DNA of 38,278 nt from a virus. Taxonomy: Duplodnaviria; Caudoviricetes. The position numbers were made by a program, and so were the translations under genes. The stretch covers positions 1 to 38,278 of IMG/VR virus record IMGVR_UViG_3300025635_000072; one strand, 5' to 3'. Numbering within the stretch: position 1 is the stretch's first letter; each line of letters starts with the position of its first letter. Positions 23,281 through 32,601 of this stretch are shown piece after piece. The notes beneath the pieces were generated by a model, which had not been told where the DNA came from, ran no database searches, and worked only from the letters and a program-made list of their open reading frames with translations.

Positions 23281-24441
23281 ATGACGCTACATTATGATTT
23301 TCCTGAAAATATTACTCTTGATGAAGTGAAGACTATTGTAGAAAATAATCCTAATTTTATTCTAGTCGATAAAGGTTCATATTCAGTAGCAAATTATATT
23401 CGTTCAGGAAATGACGTTCATGTTCCTGTTACGGATCGGCAGAGTGCTATTCTGCGGGAACTGCGCGGACTAATTATTTGCAATTGGTCCAGGCAGGTTA
23501 TTTCTCGTCGTTTCCAGAAGTTTTTTAATTATGGGGAACGTGAAGATGTGATGACTCTGGATTTGTCCAAACCACATGTTATTCTGGATAAACTTGATGG
23601 ATCAATGATTACTCCATTCATGGATTGTGGGCGGATTATTTGGGGGTCAAAGATGGGCGAAAGTGATCTTACCAAACAAATTGATGAATTTATTGGCGAA
23701 GACAGCAATTATAATAGTCTATATTATTATTGTGAACATAATAACCTAACTCCTATTTTTGAATGGACTTCCCGCCAGCAGCGTATTGTAGTTGATTATC
23801 CCGAGGATAAGTTAATTCTAATTGCCATTCGTGATAATACTACTGGTAAGTATACTAGCTATAATAATATGAAGCGTATTGCTGATTTTTTTCTAATTCC
23901 TGTTGTTGGTCAATTTTCATATACCAGCGATAATTTCAATGATATTGTTAATTACGTTAAGAATATGCAGGAAGGCGAGGGTATCGTTATTCGCTTTGAT
24001 GATGGGCATATGGTAAAGATTAAGGCTGATTTGTATGTTACTCTACACCGTGCAAAATCTCTCATTGAGAGTGAACGTGATGTAATGGAATTGGTTCTTG
24101 ATGAAAAGGTTGATGATCTTTATCCATTGTTGTCAGAGAATGATTCAAATAAACTTCGTAGTTATTATAAGGATGTATGGGATCAGATTGTTGACTTCAC
24201 TGAACTGACGCAGAAACTCATTAATAATACTTCTCATATGAATCGAAAGGAATTCGCATTTCATACAGCTAATATCGGCACTGGAATGCGATCTATTGCA
24301 TTTTCCTGTTTTGACAAAAAACGTGTTGACATTGGTAACGTAGTGGACTATCTTCGGAAGAACCTTGGTTCAAATAGTCGATTTCAACGTAACCGAGAAA
24401 TCGTAGCAACTAAATGGAATTATAAGAATACCAGTGAATAA
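23281..24441 (+). CDS. rnlA: RNA ligase 1 (T4 RnlA/gp63-like)
   Basis: RELRGL, FQKFFNYGE, KLDGSMI, FEWTS..QRIVVDY, EGIVI, VKIKA..Y..LH. Confidence 0.92.
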   Translation: MTLHYDFPENITLDEVKTIVENNPNFILVDKGSYSVANYIRSGNDVHVPVTDRQSAILRELRGLIICNWSRQVISRRFQKFFNYGEREDVMTLDLSKPHVILDKLDGSMITPFMDCGRIIWGSKMGESDLTKQIDEFIGEDSNYNSLYYYCEHNNLTPIFEWTSRQQRIVVDYPEDKLILIAIRDNTTGKYTSYNNMKRIADFFLIPVVGQFSYTSDNFNDIVNYVKNMQEGEGIVIRFDDGHMVKIKADLYVTLHRAKSLIESERDVMELVLDEKVDDLYPLLSENDSNKLRSYYKDVWDQIVDFTELTQKLINNTSHMNRKEFAFHTANIGTGMRSIAFSCFDKKRVDIGNVVDYLRKNLGSNSRFQRNREIVATKWNYKNTSE

Positions 24442-24442
24442 T

Positions 24443-24559
24443 ATGGAAATAATTGAATTAATATTGAGTTACCTAGTAGGATATTCATTATTGTTTATTC
24501 TACTAGGATTGTTTATATCATTCATAATACTTATGAAAACTATTATTTTTGGAAAATAA
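24443..24559 (+). CDS. 38-aa membrane micro-protein
   Basis: MEIIELILSYLVGYSLLFILLGLFISFIILMKTIIFGK*. Confidence 0.5.
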   Translation: MEIIELILSYLVGYSLLFILLGLFISFIILMKTIIFGK

Positions 24560-24567
24560 GGAATTAA

Positions 24568-25080
24568 ATGATGACACATGAATATACCCTTCCTCCCGGA
24601 AGATACCTACTTAGTGATCCCTGTTATGTTATTAAAAATGAACTTTGGGGAAAATTTCTGGATAAAGTATTAACTCCGGTTGGATTGTTTGCCTCAGAAA
24701 AGGTCATTAGTAACAAGTTATTTCATCCAGAATTTGAGGGATGTATATTTGATACTTATTTTGGTGATGGTTCATTTACAATAAAAGTGACATCCGAAGA
24801 AAATATTTTTAGTTCCATTACCCCATATAATAAGAAACTTAATGTAGATTCAGGAATGATTGGTCTTATACAAGTTCCTAATGATTGGTTGAATGACTCA
24901 TATAGTTATGCTCAGGGATTAATGGCATTCATTTTTATTAATAAAATTAAATGCTTTAGTCATAATGGAGTTATTCATTTTGGTGATATTGTCATTGACA
25001 CTAAATGTGATAGTGAGTATGATGATGATGAAGAAGATAATGACCCTGACTATAGTGATGATAATAAGGTATTAAAATAA
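24568..25080 (+). CDS. conserved phage protein (DUF4241-like) with acidic tail
   Basis: SDPCYV, TYFGDG, VDSGMIG motifs. Confidence 0.65.
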   Translation: MMTHEYTLPPGRYLLSDPCYVIKNELWGKFLDKVLTPVGLFASEKVISNKLFHPEFEGCIFDTYFGDGSFTIKVTSEENIFSSITPYNKKLNVDSGMIGLIQVPNDWLNDSYSYAQGLMAFIFINKIKCFSHNGVIHFGDIVIDTKCDSEYDDDEEDNDPDYSDDNKVLK

Positions 25081-25568
25081 TGGCCCATCAACCCGTATAT
25101 GTAATGTTAGTCGGATTACCCGCAAGTGGCAAGTCAACTTTTCGCAAAATTCTGGAAAAGACCGGACAATTTTATATTTTATCATCAGATGATATTATTG
25201 AATCTGAATGTAATAAAATTGGAATTACATATTCCGATGGATTTACTAAATTTATTGGCGATGCAACAAAGAAAGTAATTTTTAATAGAAATGTATATTG
25301 TAAAGATGATTATCCCGTTAATGTAATTGATGATCATACTAATATGAGTCGGAAATCTCGCCAGGATAAGATGAAGGATATTTCCAGCAAATATATTAAA
25401 ATTTGTTACGTATTTCCAAAACTACCAGACCAAGAATGGTCGCGCCGGTTGAACCAGCGAAAGGATAAGAAAATTCCTGATAGTGTATTAATTACAATGA
25501 AAAATACATTCCAGGAACCTTCCTATCATGAGGGATTTGATATCATTTCATATGTTGAAAATTATTAA
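25080..25568 (+). CDS. stand-alone polynucleotide-kinase-like P-loop protein (AAA_33 type)
   Basis: GLPASGKST, SSDDI, IDDHTN...SR, RLNQR lid, P...EGFD. Confidence 0.85.
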   Translation: MAHQPVYVMLVGLPASGKSTFRKILEKTGQFYILSSDDIIESECNKIGITYSDGFTKFIGDATKKVIFNRNVYCKDDYPVNVIDDHTNMSRKSRQDKMKDISSKYIKICYVFPKLPDQEWSRRLNQRKDKKIPDSVLITMKNTFQEPSYHEGFDIISYVENY

Positions 25569-25584
25569 TAATAGGGGAAAATAA

Positions 25585-25896
25585 ATGAAATCAACAATAG
25601 AACTAGAGATTAATCTAGAAAACTTAGAACGAGACATCTGGGATTTACAGGACGACATTAGTAAATTACAATTATCTGTTGGAGAAATTGCGACGGATAT
25701 TGTTACAACCCAAGATGAGATTAAAGATTTAGATAATAAAATTGAAATTGATCTACCTGAAAAATTCGAGAAAGAAATTAAGTATTTACGAGAAAAGTTT
25801 GACTATGATTTAGATTATTTTAGGGAAAGTTTAGAACGTCAAATTAATATGTTAGAAGATAGAATTGATGAATTACAAAATAAATTTTCAGCATGA
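25585..25896 (+). CDS. acidic coiled-coil protein
   Basis: Heptad L/I pattern throughout. Confidence 0.7.
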   Translation: MKSTIELEINLENLERDIWDLQDDISKLQLSVGEIATDIVTTQDEIKDLDNKIEIDLPEKFEKEIKYLREKFDYDLDYFRESLERQINMLEDRIDELQNKFSA

Positions 25897-26099
25897 ACAA
25901 AAAGATATTTACTGAATATAGTGATGTAATTTTATTTTTTCTTGTATATATGATTACACTTTTTAGTAGTTTACTAATGGGAACATTCATTATATTCTAT
26001 GACACATTGCCACCTTGGACTGTTGATTCACTATTATTTGGTAGTCTACTTAGTGAAATTGGTCTTATAATTTTTATCTTTTATAAGAAAGACCGATAA
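25893..26099 (+). CDS. two-TM small membrane protein
   Basis: Two hydrophobic segments and a basic C-terminus. Confidence 0.6.
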   Translation: MNKKIFTEYSDVILFFLVYMITLFSSLLMGTFIIFYDTLPPWTVDSLLFGSLLSEIGLIIFIFYKKDR

Positions 26100-26653
26100 T
26101 GATAATTATTAATTTCTTCGCGGGGGCAGGATCGGGTAAATCTACGACTGCCGCAGCATTATTCAGTTATCTAAAAATGACTGGATTAAATTGTGAATTA
26201 GTAACAGAATTTGCCAAGGATTTAACCTGGGATGAAAGCACCAAGGTTCTTGGCTATCAACCCTATGTCTTTGGACAGCAGGCATGGCGTCTAGAGAGGC
26301 TTGCGGGTAAAGTGGATGCGGTGGTCACAGATAGCCCCCTACTCCTGTCTCTGGCCTACTCTGACCCGCTATTGCCTATCTGCTGGAAAGAGTATGTCCT
26401 ATGGGAGCATAACCGATATCCATCCATCAATTTCTTCATTCATAGAAATAAGAAATATCATAAAACTGGTAGAAACCAGACATATGATGAAGCCGTATTG
26501 ATGGATAAGAAAATACTGCAAATTTTAGAAGATGAGAATATTTCCCTCACTGAAATATTAACAGGGGATGGAACATCTGCTATTAAAGCCTTCGCAAAGG
26601 TTTCCTCAAATGAAACCGTGGCAAAATTAATTCAACATTCGCCTGAATTTTAA
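26099..26653 (+). CDS. NadR-like (AAA_28) P-loop kinase/ATPase
   Basis: AGAGSGKST, ELVTEFAKDLTW, TDSPLLL, GRNQT. Confidence 0.8.
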   Translation: MIIINFFAGAGSGKSTTAAALFSYLKMTGLNCELVTEFAKDLTWDESTKVLGYQPYVFGQQAWRLERLAGKVDAVVTDSPLLLSLAYSDPLLPICWKEYVLWEHNRYPSINFFIHRNKKYHKTGRNQTYDEAVLMDKKILQILEDENISLTEILTGDGTSAIKAFAKVSSNETVAKLIQHSPEF

Positions 26654-26667
26654 TATAGAGGATTATA

Positions 26668-26910
26668 TTATTTTTTAGTTAATTTTGGGGACTTATAATC
26701 CCAAATATAATTGAGCATATCACATTTTGGGCCGTGCCACCGAAGATGCATATTTTCCTGCATAGTAACGCCGCAAACCTCACAAGTAGCCATTCTTGTG
26801 AGGTTTCGTGTTTTATTAGCTACTTGTTCTTTAGCAGTTTTACTCATATTAGCGATGGTCGTTGGTGAATGAAATACTTCATCCGGCCATCGTTTTCGCA
26901 TTCTAGGCAT
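26668..26910 (-). CDS. small protein with CxxC...RWH...C zinc motif (start revised)
   Basis: CEVCG...MHLRWHGPKC, like C-terminal Zn modules of phage homing endonucleases. Confidence 0.55.
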   Translation of the reverse strand: MPRMRKRWPDEVFHSPTTIANMSKTAKEQVANKTRNLTRMATCEVCGVTMQENMHLRWHGPKCDMLNYIWDYKSPKLTKK

Positions 26911-27403
26911 TATTAGTTTCCTTACTATCAATCTTTCTCTGTAGATACCATAATGCCTTCTTCAAATCTTCATTATAAGTATTCTCATTCTTAACTCCGG
27001 CGCGAAGAATATATTTAATGACATTACCAAGATGAAATCCTAACTCATAATGTTCGATAATCTTAATTACTTCATATGGCCCTGGGTTATAATGCTCTGG
27101 ATGATTAACAAATTCTCTTTCTTTATTAGATTCATTATCCATAATAGGATTAATTTCTAATTGAGGGACATAATCTAATGGAGGATATCTAGTAGTAAAT
27201 TGTTCTAATTGAGATATTGCAGAACCGCCTCCCATTCCATTAATAATATCTCCTTGATTAATATTATTCAATACATCTGTATATGTTGGTCTGTCAATTA
27301 TTCTATTTAAATGATCTCTAAAATCGACATATTGTTCATCATCAACAATTTTAAAGTTATTATCATCTGTATATGATTCATACTCATTGTAATGGTTTAC
27401 CAT
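26903..27403 (-). CDS. DUF3310 protein (T7 gp1.7 nucleotide-kinase-related domain)
   Basis: VNHPEHY...GFHLGNVIKYILRAG.K....EDLKKALWYL. Confidence 0.85.
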   Translation of the reverse strand: MVNHYNEYESYTDDNNFKIVDDEQYVDFRDHLNRIIDRPTYTDVLNNINQGDIINGMGGGSAISQLEQFTTRYPPLDYVPQLEINPIMDNESNKEREFVNHPEHYNPGPYEVIKIIEHYELGFHLGNVIKYILRAGVKNENTYNEDLKKALWYLQRKIDSKETNNA

Positions 27404-27432
27404 ATTAATATTTCCTTTCTCTCTATGTTTCT

Positions 27433-27924
27433 CTATGTTTCTCTATGTAATTTTCTTGATAGTGATTTCCAGTCCTTTACTGCTTTATTTTTATGTAGGA
27501 AGTTGGCAGCATTCCAGAATGGTTCAGCATTGGATACCATATGGACCATTTCATGCTGAAATAAGCGTGCTACAGGCCCCTCTAACTGTCTAGTGATGGT
27601 TTCCCCACTCTCGGTCTGAAACCTTACCCTGACCGTATATGGGCGGATGATCTTAACTTTGATTCCTGGATATGAATAACAAGTTTCATGATATACTGAT
27701 TTCTGATCAGAATAATTAACTATCTTAGGATTAATAGCAAATATCCAATCCTCACCTGGAATATTTTTCACATAGAAAATACTATAATTAATACCTAACT
27801 CTGGTGCAGATACTCCCGGCACAGCTTTATTCTCTAATACCTTATATAAAGTATCTTTAATCCCAATAATTTCCTCTGTATTACTGAAATTAGTATATGG
27901 TTCTATAATCATTGTTGTATCCAT
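27433..27924 (-). CDS. def: peptide deformylase-like protein (divergent motifs)
   Basis: GVSAPELG, INPKI, ETCYSYPG, ARLFQHEMVH. Confidence 0.8.
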   Translation of the reverse strand: MDTTMIIEPYTNFSNTEEIIGIKDTLYKVLENKAVPGVSAPELGINYSIFYVKNIPGEDWIFAINPKIVNYSDQKSVYHETCYSYPGIKVKIIRPYTVRVRFQTESGETITRQLEGPVARLFQHEMVHMVSNAEPFWNAANFLHKNKAVKDWKSLSRKLHRET

Positions 27925-29624
27925 TTACTGAAATTTTTCACCTTTTCTACTTTTATTATATTTGTAAACTTATCTACCATATCTGTCTTATGACTAATAA
28001 TGAAAACATTGGTTCCTTCGCCTAATTCATCCATCATCTTAAAGAATGAATCAATTCCATCATAATCCAATGAACTATCCATGATTTCATCAAAGAATAT
28101 TAAATTACTTGTAGTGGAACTTCTCATTTTAGAAATCATTCTCCATGTGAAAATAAGAGCTAAATTAAGTCTCATCTTCTCACCCTCTGAAAATGATTCA
28201 TATGAGAATATATCTCTATATCTAGACTTTATCGTTTCATTAAACTGTTCATCTAACTCAAAGTTAATGAAAAAATTCATGTTTTCCAGAAATTTATTTA
28301 CATGTTTATTAATAACTGGAATATACTTCTTAACAATCTGCGCCTTAATTCCACTATCTTTTAATAGCACACTGATATTATCAAAAATATCTTTCTTGTT
28401 ATTAATCGAATTTTTTTCCTCCAATAATTTATTTTTATCTTCCCTAAGCTGATGTAACTCGCCCTCTGAGAAGGCAACCTTATTCTCTTCACTAATTTTA
28501 TTAATGTCTTTCTCTAGACTTGATATCATTCTCTCATCAGATAAAATATAGTTTCTATATTGGGAGATACTATTATTTAATTTATTAATCTCCTGAATAA
28601 TCCTATTATTATTCTCTAATTTTTTGTTCTTGGATTTTAGTTTCTTCTCAATTTTCAGAAGATTACTATTCAGTTCATTTACACAATTAGTATGTTTTTC
28701 TATAGTATCGGATTTAAATTCACTCGTAATGTTTTGTCTACACGTGGGGCATACATCATTATCATTGAAGAATGATATTTCCTCATTTAGTCTAGATTTT
28801 TTATTACTAAATTTATTATTGAATTTATTTAACTCTAATATTTCCTCATTTAAGTTATTAATATCTAACTTTGATTTCTCTAACTCTGATATTGATAATT
28901 CTAACTCAGATATATTTTGTTGTAATGTAACTATGTTATTCTTATATGCATCTATCTTTTCTCTAATAGAATTTATCTTACCTGTTTCATCAGTATTGAG
29001 TTGTTTAATATAATTTTCATGAATATTTATTTTTTCATCTAGAATGATTATCTGATTACCTAACTCAGACTGATTACTTTTAACATCACTTAATTTCGTT
29101 TTCAGAATGATGTTCATTGTGGTAAATATCTGTTGATCTAATAAATCCTCCATAAACAGGCGTCTATTATTCAATGATAATTGCATGAATGGAACGAATG
29201 ATGCCGTTCCCATAATAGATGTCTGTGTGAAAGACTTATGGCGTAATTTAATAATATTCTCTTCCAGATATTCCTGATAATCTCTACTATCAGCTTCCTG
29301 ATTAATCAATACTCCATTTTTAATAATTTCAAATACTACAGGTTTCATTCCACGTTTAATGATATATTTGTTATTACCAATATCAAAATACAATTCAACA
29401 ATCATATTCTTACCATTGATGGAATTTACCAATTGTGGTTTATTGATATTACGATATGGTTTATTGAATAATGCAAAACAAATAGTCTCAATTAATAAAC
29501 TTTTACCATTACCGTTTTTACCAACAATTAATGTATGTTTGTTTTTATTAAGATAAATTTCTGTAAAGGTATTACCTGAACTAAGAAAGTTCTTAAATTT
29601 AATTTTTTCAAAATTAATGTGCAT
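27909..29624 (-). CDS. gp46: recombination endonuclease subunit gp46 (Rad50/SbcC-like)
   Basis: GKNGNGKS, Zn hook CPTC, FSEGEK signature, FFDE, ISH; long coiled coil. Confidence 0.95.
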   Translation of the reverse strand: MHINFEKIKFKNFLSSGNTFTEIYLNKNKHTLIVGKNGNGKSLLIETICFALFNKPYRNINKPQLVNSINGKNMIVELYFDIGNNKYIIKRGMKPVVFEIIKNGVLINQEADSRDYQEYLEENIIKLRHKSFTQTSIMGTASFVPFMQLSLNNRRLFMEDLLDQQIFTTMNIILKTKLSDVKSNQSELGNQIIILDEKINIHENYIKQLNTDETGKINSIREKIDAYKNNIVTLQQNISELELSISELEKSKLDINNLNEEILELNKFNNKFSNKKSRLNEEISFFNDNDVCPTCRQNITSEFKSDTIEKHTNCVNELNSNLLKIEKKLKSKNKKLENNNRIIQEINKLNNSISQYRNYILSDERMISSLEKDINKISEENKVAFSEGELHQLREDKNKLLEEKNSINNKKDIFDNISVLLKDSGIKAQIVKKYIPVINKHVNKFLENMNFFINFELDEQFNETIKSRYRDIFSYESFSEGEKMRLNLALIFTWRMISKMRSSTTSNLIFFDEIMDSSLDYDGIDSFFKMMDELGEGTNVFIISHKTDMVDKFTNIIKVEKVKNFSKWIQQ

Positions 29625-30078
29625 TTGGTGTTTCTATTCCAATATTAACACTATCAATAGTAATATCCTTGGGAAAATTTATTGTGTTAACTTTAAAATT
29701 ATCTACAACAGACATAGATAATATTGGAACTAATGTGATATCGTTATCATAAAGTGATTTAATTATTGAACCAAGATGATTATTAAGTAATTTTATTCCA
29801 ACATAAAGTTTATTTCCTGAGATATTCATATCAACAATTTTATGTGATGCATCAGTAATTTTATTATTAATAAGCATATCTGTGTCTACTATACCACCAT
29901 ATGCAGTATGATCATATATTTTTACTAAATATTCATTTAGTGCTTTATTAATAACACTAGCTTGATAACATATATTAGTATATGGGTTTATTTTACCCAC
30001 TCTCAAAATATAAGCCTCATAAATTTGATTGGTTGTATCAATACAAATAAAATTACTTCTATATTTATAAGGTTCCAT
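29614..30078 (-). CDS. degenerate gp21 prohead-protease-like protein
   Basis: Collinear similarity to T4-like gp21 (N..Y...I.KA..EY; SHKI; GNKLYVGIKLLNNHLGSIIKSL), but no GELxH or GVSSRG. Confidence 0.55.
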   Translation of the reverse strand: MEPYKYRSNFICIDTTNQIYEAYILRVGKINPYTNICYQASVINKALNEYLVKIYDHTAYGGIVDTDMLINNKITDASHKIVDMNISGNKLYVGIKLLNNHLGSIIKSLYDNDITLVPILSMSVVDNFKVNTINFPKDITIDSVNIGIETPNAH

Positions 30079-30082
30079 TATA

Positions 30083-30277
30083 TTACCCTTCTATTTTATA
30101 TTTAATAAGGTTTATCGCATAGTGAGATTGTGTTTCTGAATCAAAATGTGGTGACATTGTTAATGGACATTTTCCACCTGGACATGCCCAACTATCCCCA
30201 GAATAACTTTTACATCTAGGACATTGCCCTTCTATACCTAGCAATGTATTATCCGTCATTTTCATTTTATCAATCAT
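30083..30277 (-). CDS. small Cys-rich protein
   Basis: CPRC...CPGGKCP..SPHF. Confidence 0.6.
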   Translation of the reverse strand: MIDKMKMTDNTLLGIEGQCPRCKSYSGDSWACPGGKCPLTMSPHFDSETQSHYAINLIKYKIEG

Positions 30278-30283
30278 AATATA

Positions 30284-31351
30284 TTATTCCTTATTCAATT
30301 GAATTGCTTCATTATACAGATTGATTAACTCTTGTTTAATCATTGACTTATCTTCTATTTCAATTTTATCTACGTAATTGTTTATTATGGTATAGGTATC
30401 TTCTATCTGTTCCATATCAACATTTACATCGGTATCTAATAATACACTTTCATCAATAACCTGTAGATCAATTGTTTCAACTTTATTGAAGTTATCAAGA
30501 AATTCATCCAACTTATGTTTTCTCTTATTGCTAACTACGGCAATTTTGACATAAGTATTTTTATACTTATCATAGGGAAATGTATCATTTTTAATAATTT
30601 TCTCATCATAAATTATTCTATGAAATAAACAATGAGGATTTTGAATAAATTCTGTTTCATCAGTATTCAAATCCAATATAATAAATCCACGTGGATCATC
30701 ATAATCCGACCATACTATTTCATATGGAGTTCCAACATATGTGATATTATCAATTGTTGATTTATGATGATAATGTCCTGTGAATACTTGTTTAAATTTA
30801 CTGAGTATTCTATGTGACATACCTTCCTCGGAAAAATTATCCTTATTCATTTCAAACCCAGATAATTCCAGATGACCAATCATATAGTCAGATTTAGAAT
30901 TATGGATAAACTCATAGGATAATTTTTCATTATCATCACATATCCAGGGAACATATAGGAATGGTTTATCCTGAATAATAACTTCTGCTGGTGATGAATA
31001 ATACTTAATATTATCAGGGACATTTCTATAGAGGATATTTAATGCATTAACACTATTCGTTCCCTTATAGAAGGTATCATGATTTCCAATAATAATATCC
31101 AGGGAAATGTTTCTCTTCTCTATTTCATTGGTAAAATATTCATGAATAGCATGAGCAGTATTAATGTTGATAAATTTACGTCTATCAACTAAATCACCAC
31201 ATTGAATGATCTTAGTGATACCACGTCTATTTAATTCAGGAAAGAATACTTTACTAAAGAAATTATTGAAGTGATTGATAATATGAATACTATCTGATCT
31301 AGCACCCCAATGAAGATCACCTAGAATAGCTATTTTATTTTCATTAGCCAT
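30284..31351 (-). CDS. gp47: recombination endonuclease subunit gp47 (Mre11/SbcD-like)
   Basis: GDLHWG, GDLVDRRK, GNHD, GHLE and GHYH motifs. Confidence 0.95.
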   Translation of the reverse strand: MANENKIAILGDLHWGARSDSIHIINHFNNFFSKVFFPELNRRGITKIIQCGDLVDRRKFININTAHAIHEYFTNEIEKRNISLDIIIGNHDTFYKGTNSVNALNILYRNVPDNIKYYSSPAEVIIQDKPFLYVPWICDDNEKLSYEFIHNSKSDYMIGHLELSGFEMNKDNFSEEGMSHRILSKFKQVFTGHYHHKSTIDNITYVGTPYEIVWSDYDDPRGFIILDLNTDETEFIQNPHCLFHRIIYDEKIIKNDTFPYDKYKNTYVKIAVVSNKRKHKLDEFLDNFNKVETIDLQVIDESVLLDTDVNVDMEQIEDTYTIINNYVDKIEIEDKSMIKQELINLYNEAIQLNKE

Positions 31352-31356
31352 CAGTA

Positions 31357-31572
31357 TTATTTTCTATTCTTGTTATTATTACCAAAGATTTTATTATGTG
31401 ATTTTTTCTTATCAAATTCCTTGATAGCTTCCTGACATACTTCTAATACAGAATGTATATTATCACGGTAATTATCTCTAACATGTTCACGTATTGTTGG
31501 ATCAAACATGTTTCTAATATATTGCCCAATGATAGGTGGAATGTTACCCATTTCCTTATTGATTATAGTCAT
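31357..31572 (-). CDS. hypothetical protein between gp55 and gp47
   Basis: ORF with AAGGA RBS in the core block. Confidence 0.7.
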   Translation of the reverse strand: MTIINKEMGNIPPIIGQYIRNMFDPTIREHVRDNYRDNIHSVLEVCQEAIKEFDKKKSHNKIFGNNNKNRK

Positions 31573-31637
31573 TAACAGTTATTCCTTATTCTTATTCATA
31601 AAACCACAGTTTAGTATACAACTTAAAAAAGAGGGTG

Positions 31638-32198
31638 TCAAGAACTATTTTCATCTTTCGCCATCTTTTTTTCTTTCTGGCGTTCTTTTGCCTTGCGTCG
31701 CTTTTCACTTAACATATTCTCATAACTCTCAACAAAATCATCATCATTCATTTCCGAGGGATTTTCAGTTCTCAGATTTGAATATGTCTGAAATTCTGTT
31801 ATCTTATGAATGATATACGTCTGTTTTCTCTCTTTTTGGATTCGTCTGATGAATGCATTTTTAATAATCTCAGTGAAATAGGCAAACGGATTATCGTATT
31901 TCTCAGGATTGAAACTATGTAGATATAGAAAAGTGTTTTCTATTCCATCAGATATCATTTCTTCCTTGAATGGATAATTACAGAAATTTGACTTCTGTGC
32001 TAACTTATTCGCCAATAATAAGATACACTCACCAATATAATTGGGAATAGCTGGGACAGTAAGATTATTTTCCTGACACCGTTTAATCTCATTTTGATAT
32101 TTAATAAATGCATCTAGAAATTTCTTATTATTGATGTAATGATTTCTAGGTTTAGTTAATCGCGTGGGAGTAATTGTTTGTTGTGACTTGAAATTCAT
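31638..32198 (-). CDS. gp55: late-transcription sigma factor gp55
   Basis: HYINNKKFL, YIGECI..LA..L...NF..Y.FKEEMISDG, NPFAYFT.II..AF.RRIQKE. Confidence 0.95.
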   Translation of the reverse strand: MNFKSQQTITPTRLTKPRNHYINNKKFLDAFIKYQNEIKRCQENNLTVPAIPNYIGECILLLANKLAQKSNFCNYPFKEEMISDGIENTFLYLHSFNPEKYDNPFAYFTEIIKNAFIRRIQKERKQTYIIHKITEFQTYSNLRTENPSEMNDDDFVESYENMLSEKRRKAKERQKEKKMAKDENSS

Positions 32199-32601
32199 CC
32201 ATAGTTTCCTCTTCTAGACAAGTTTTATAGTGTGATAATATTTCTTCATTGGGCATATTGACGGTTAAAATTGATGTTGGGCTGAATAGAAAACTCCTAG
32301 TTAAAGTATATGGCATCCACTTCAATAGAAATAATGCAGGAGTATTATTAATAATCTGGCGAGTAACTACATATGGATTAATTGCCATCATATAATTACC
32401 ATTTCGTGATAAATTACTAACTAATAATTCATCACCAGTCATCAATTTAACGACCATAGGAAAAAATGGAAAATCTACTGATTGCTCGGTAGTTTCATCG
32501 GAAGATTCCTCATCGGTATCCTCCATCTGTTCATCTTCATCAATATCATCAATATCATCCAATGGTGTATTGATGGATTCGGTATTTAAATTCTTCGTCA
32601 T
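32152..32601 (-). CDS. conserved T4-like hypothetical protein (Sm-like, KL.TGDE) downstream of uvsW
   Basis: VVKLMTGDELL...INP...KWMPY; acidic N-terminal tract; start uncertain. Confidence 0.7.
   Translation of the reverse strand: MTKNLNTESINTPLDDIDDIDEDEQMEDTDEESSDETTEQSVDFPFFPMVVKLMTGDELLVSNLSRNGNYMMAINPYVVTRQIINNTPALFLLKWMPYTLTRSFLFSPTSILTVNMPNEEILSHYKTCLEEETMDEFQVTTNNYSHAIN

Noticed and set aside
27421-27448. 10-bp repeat CTCTATGTTT x2.8 across the deformylase stop codon
   Set aside because: Short and low-complexity, most simply a local slippage duplication with no evident function.
28081-29556. Plus-strand ORFs antisense to gp46 (also those antisense to uvsW, gp3, nadV and the ATPase)
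   Set aside because: They are antisense shadows of well-supported genes, with no RBS or recognisable motifs.
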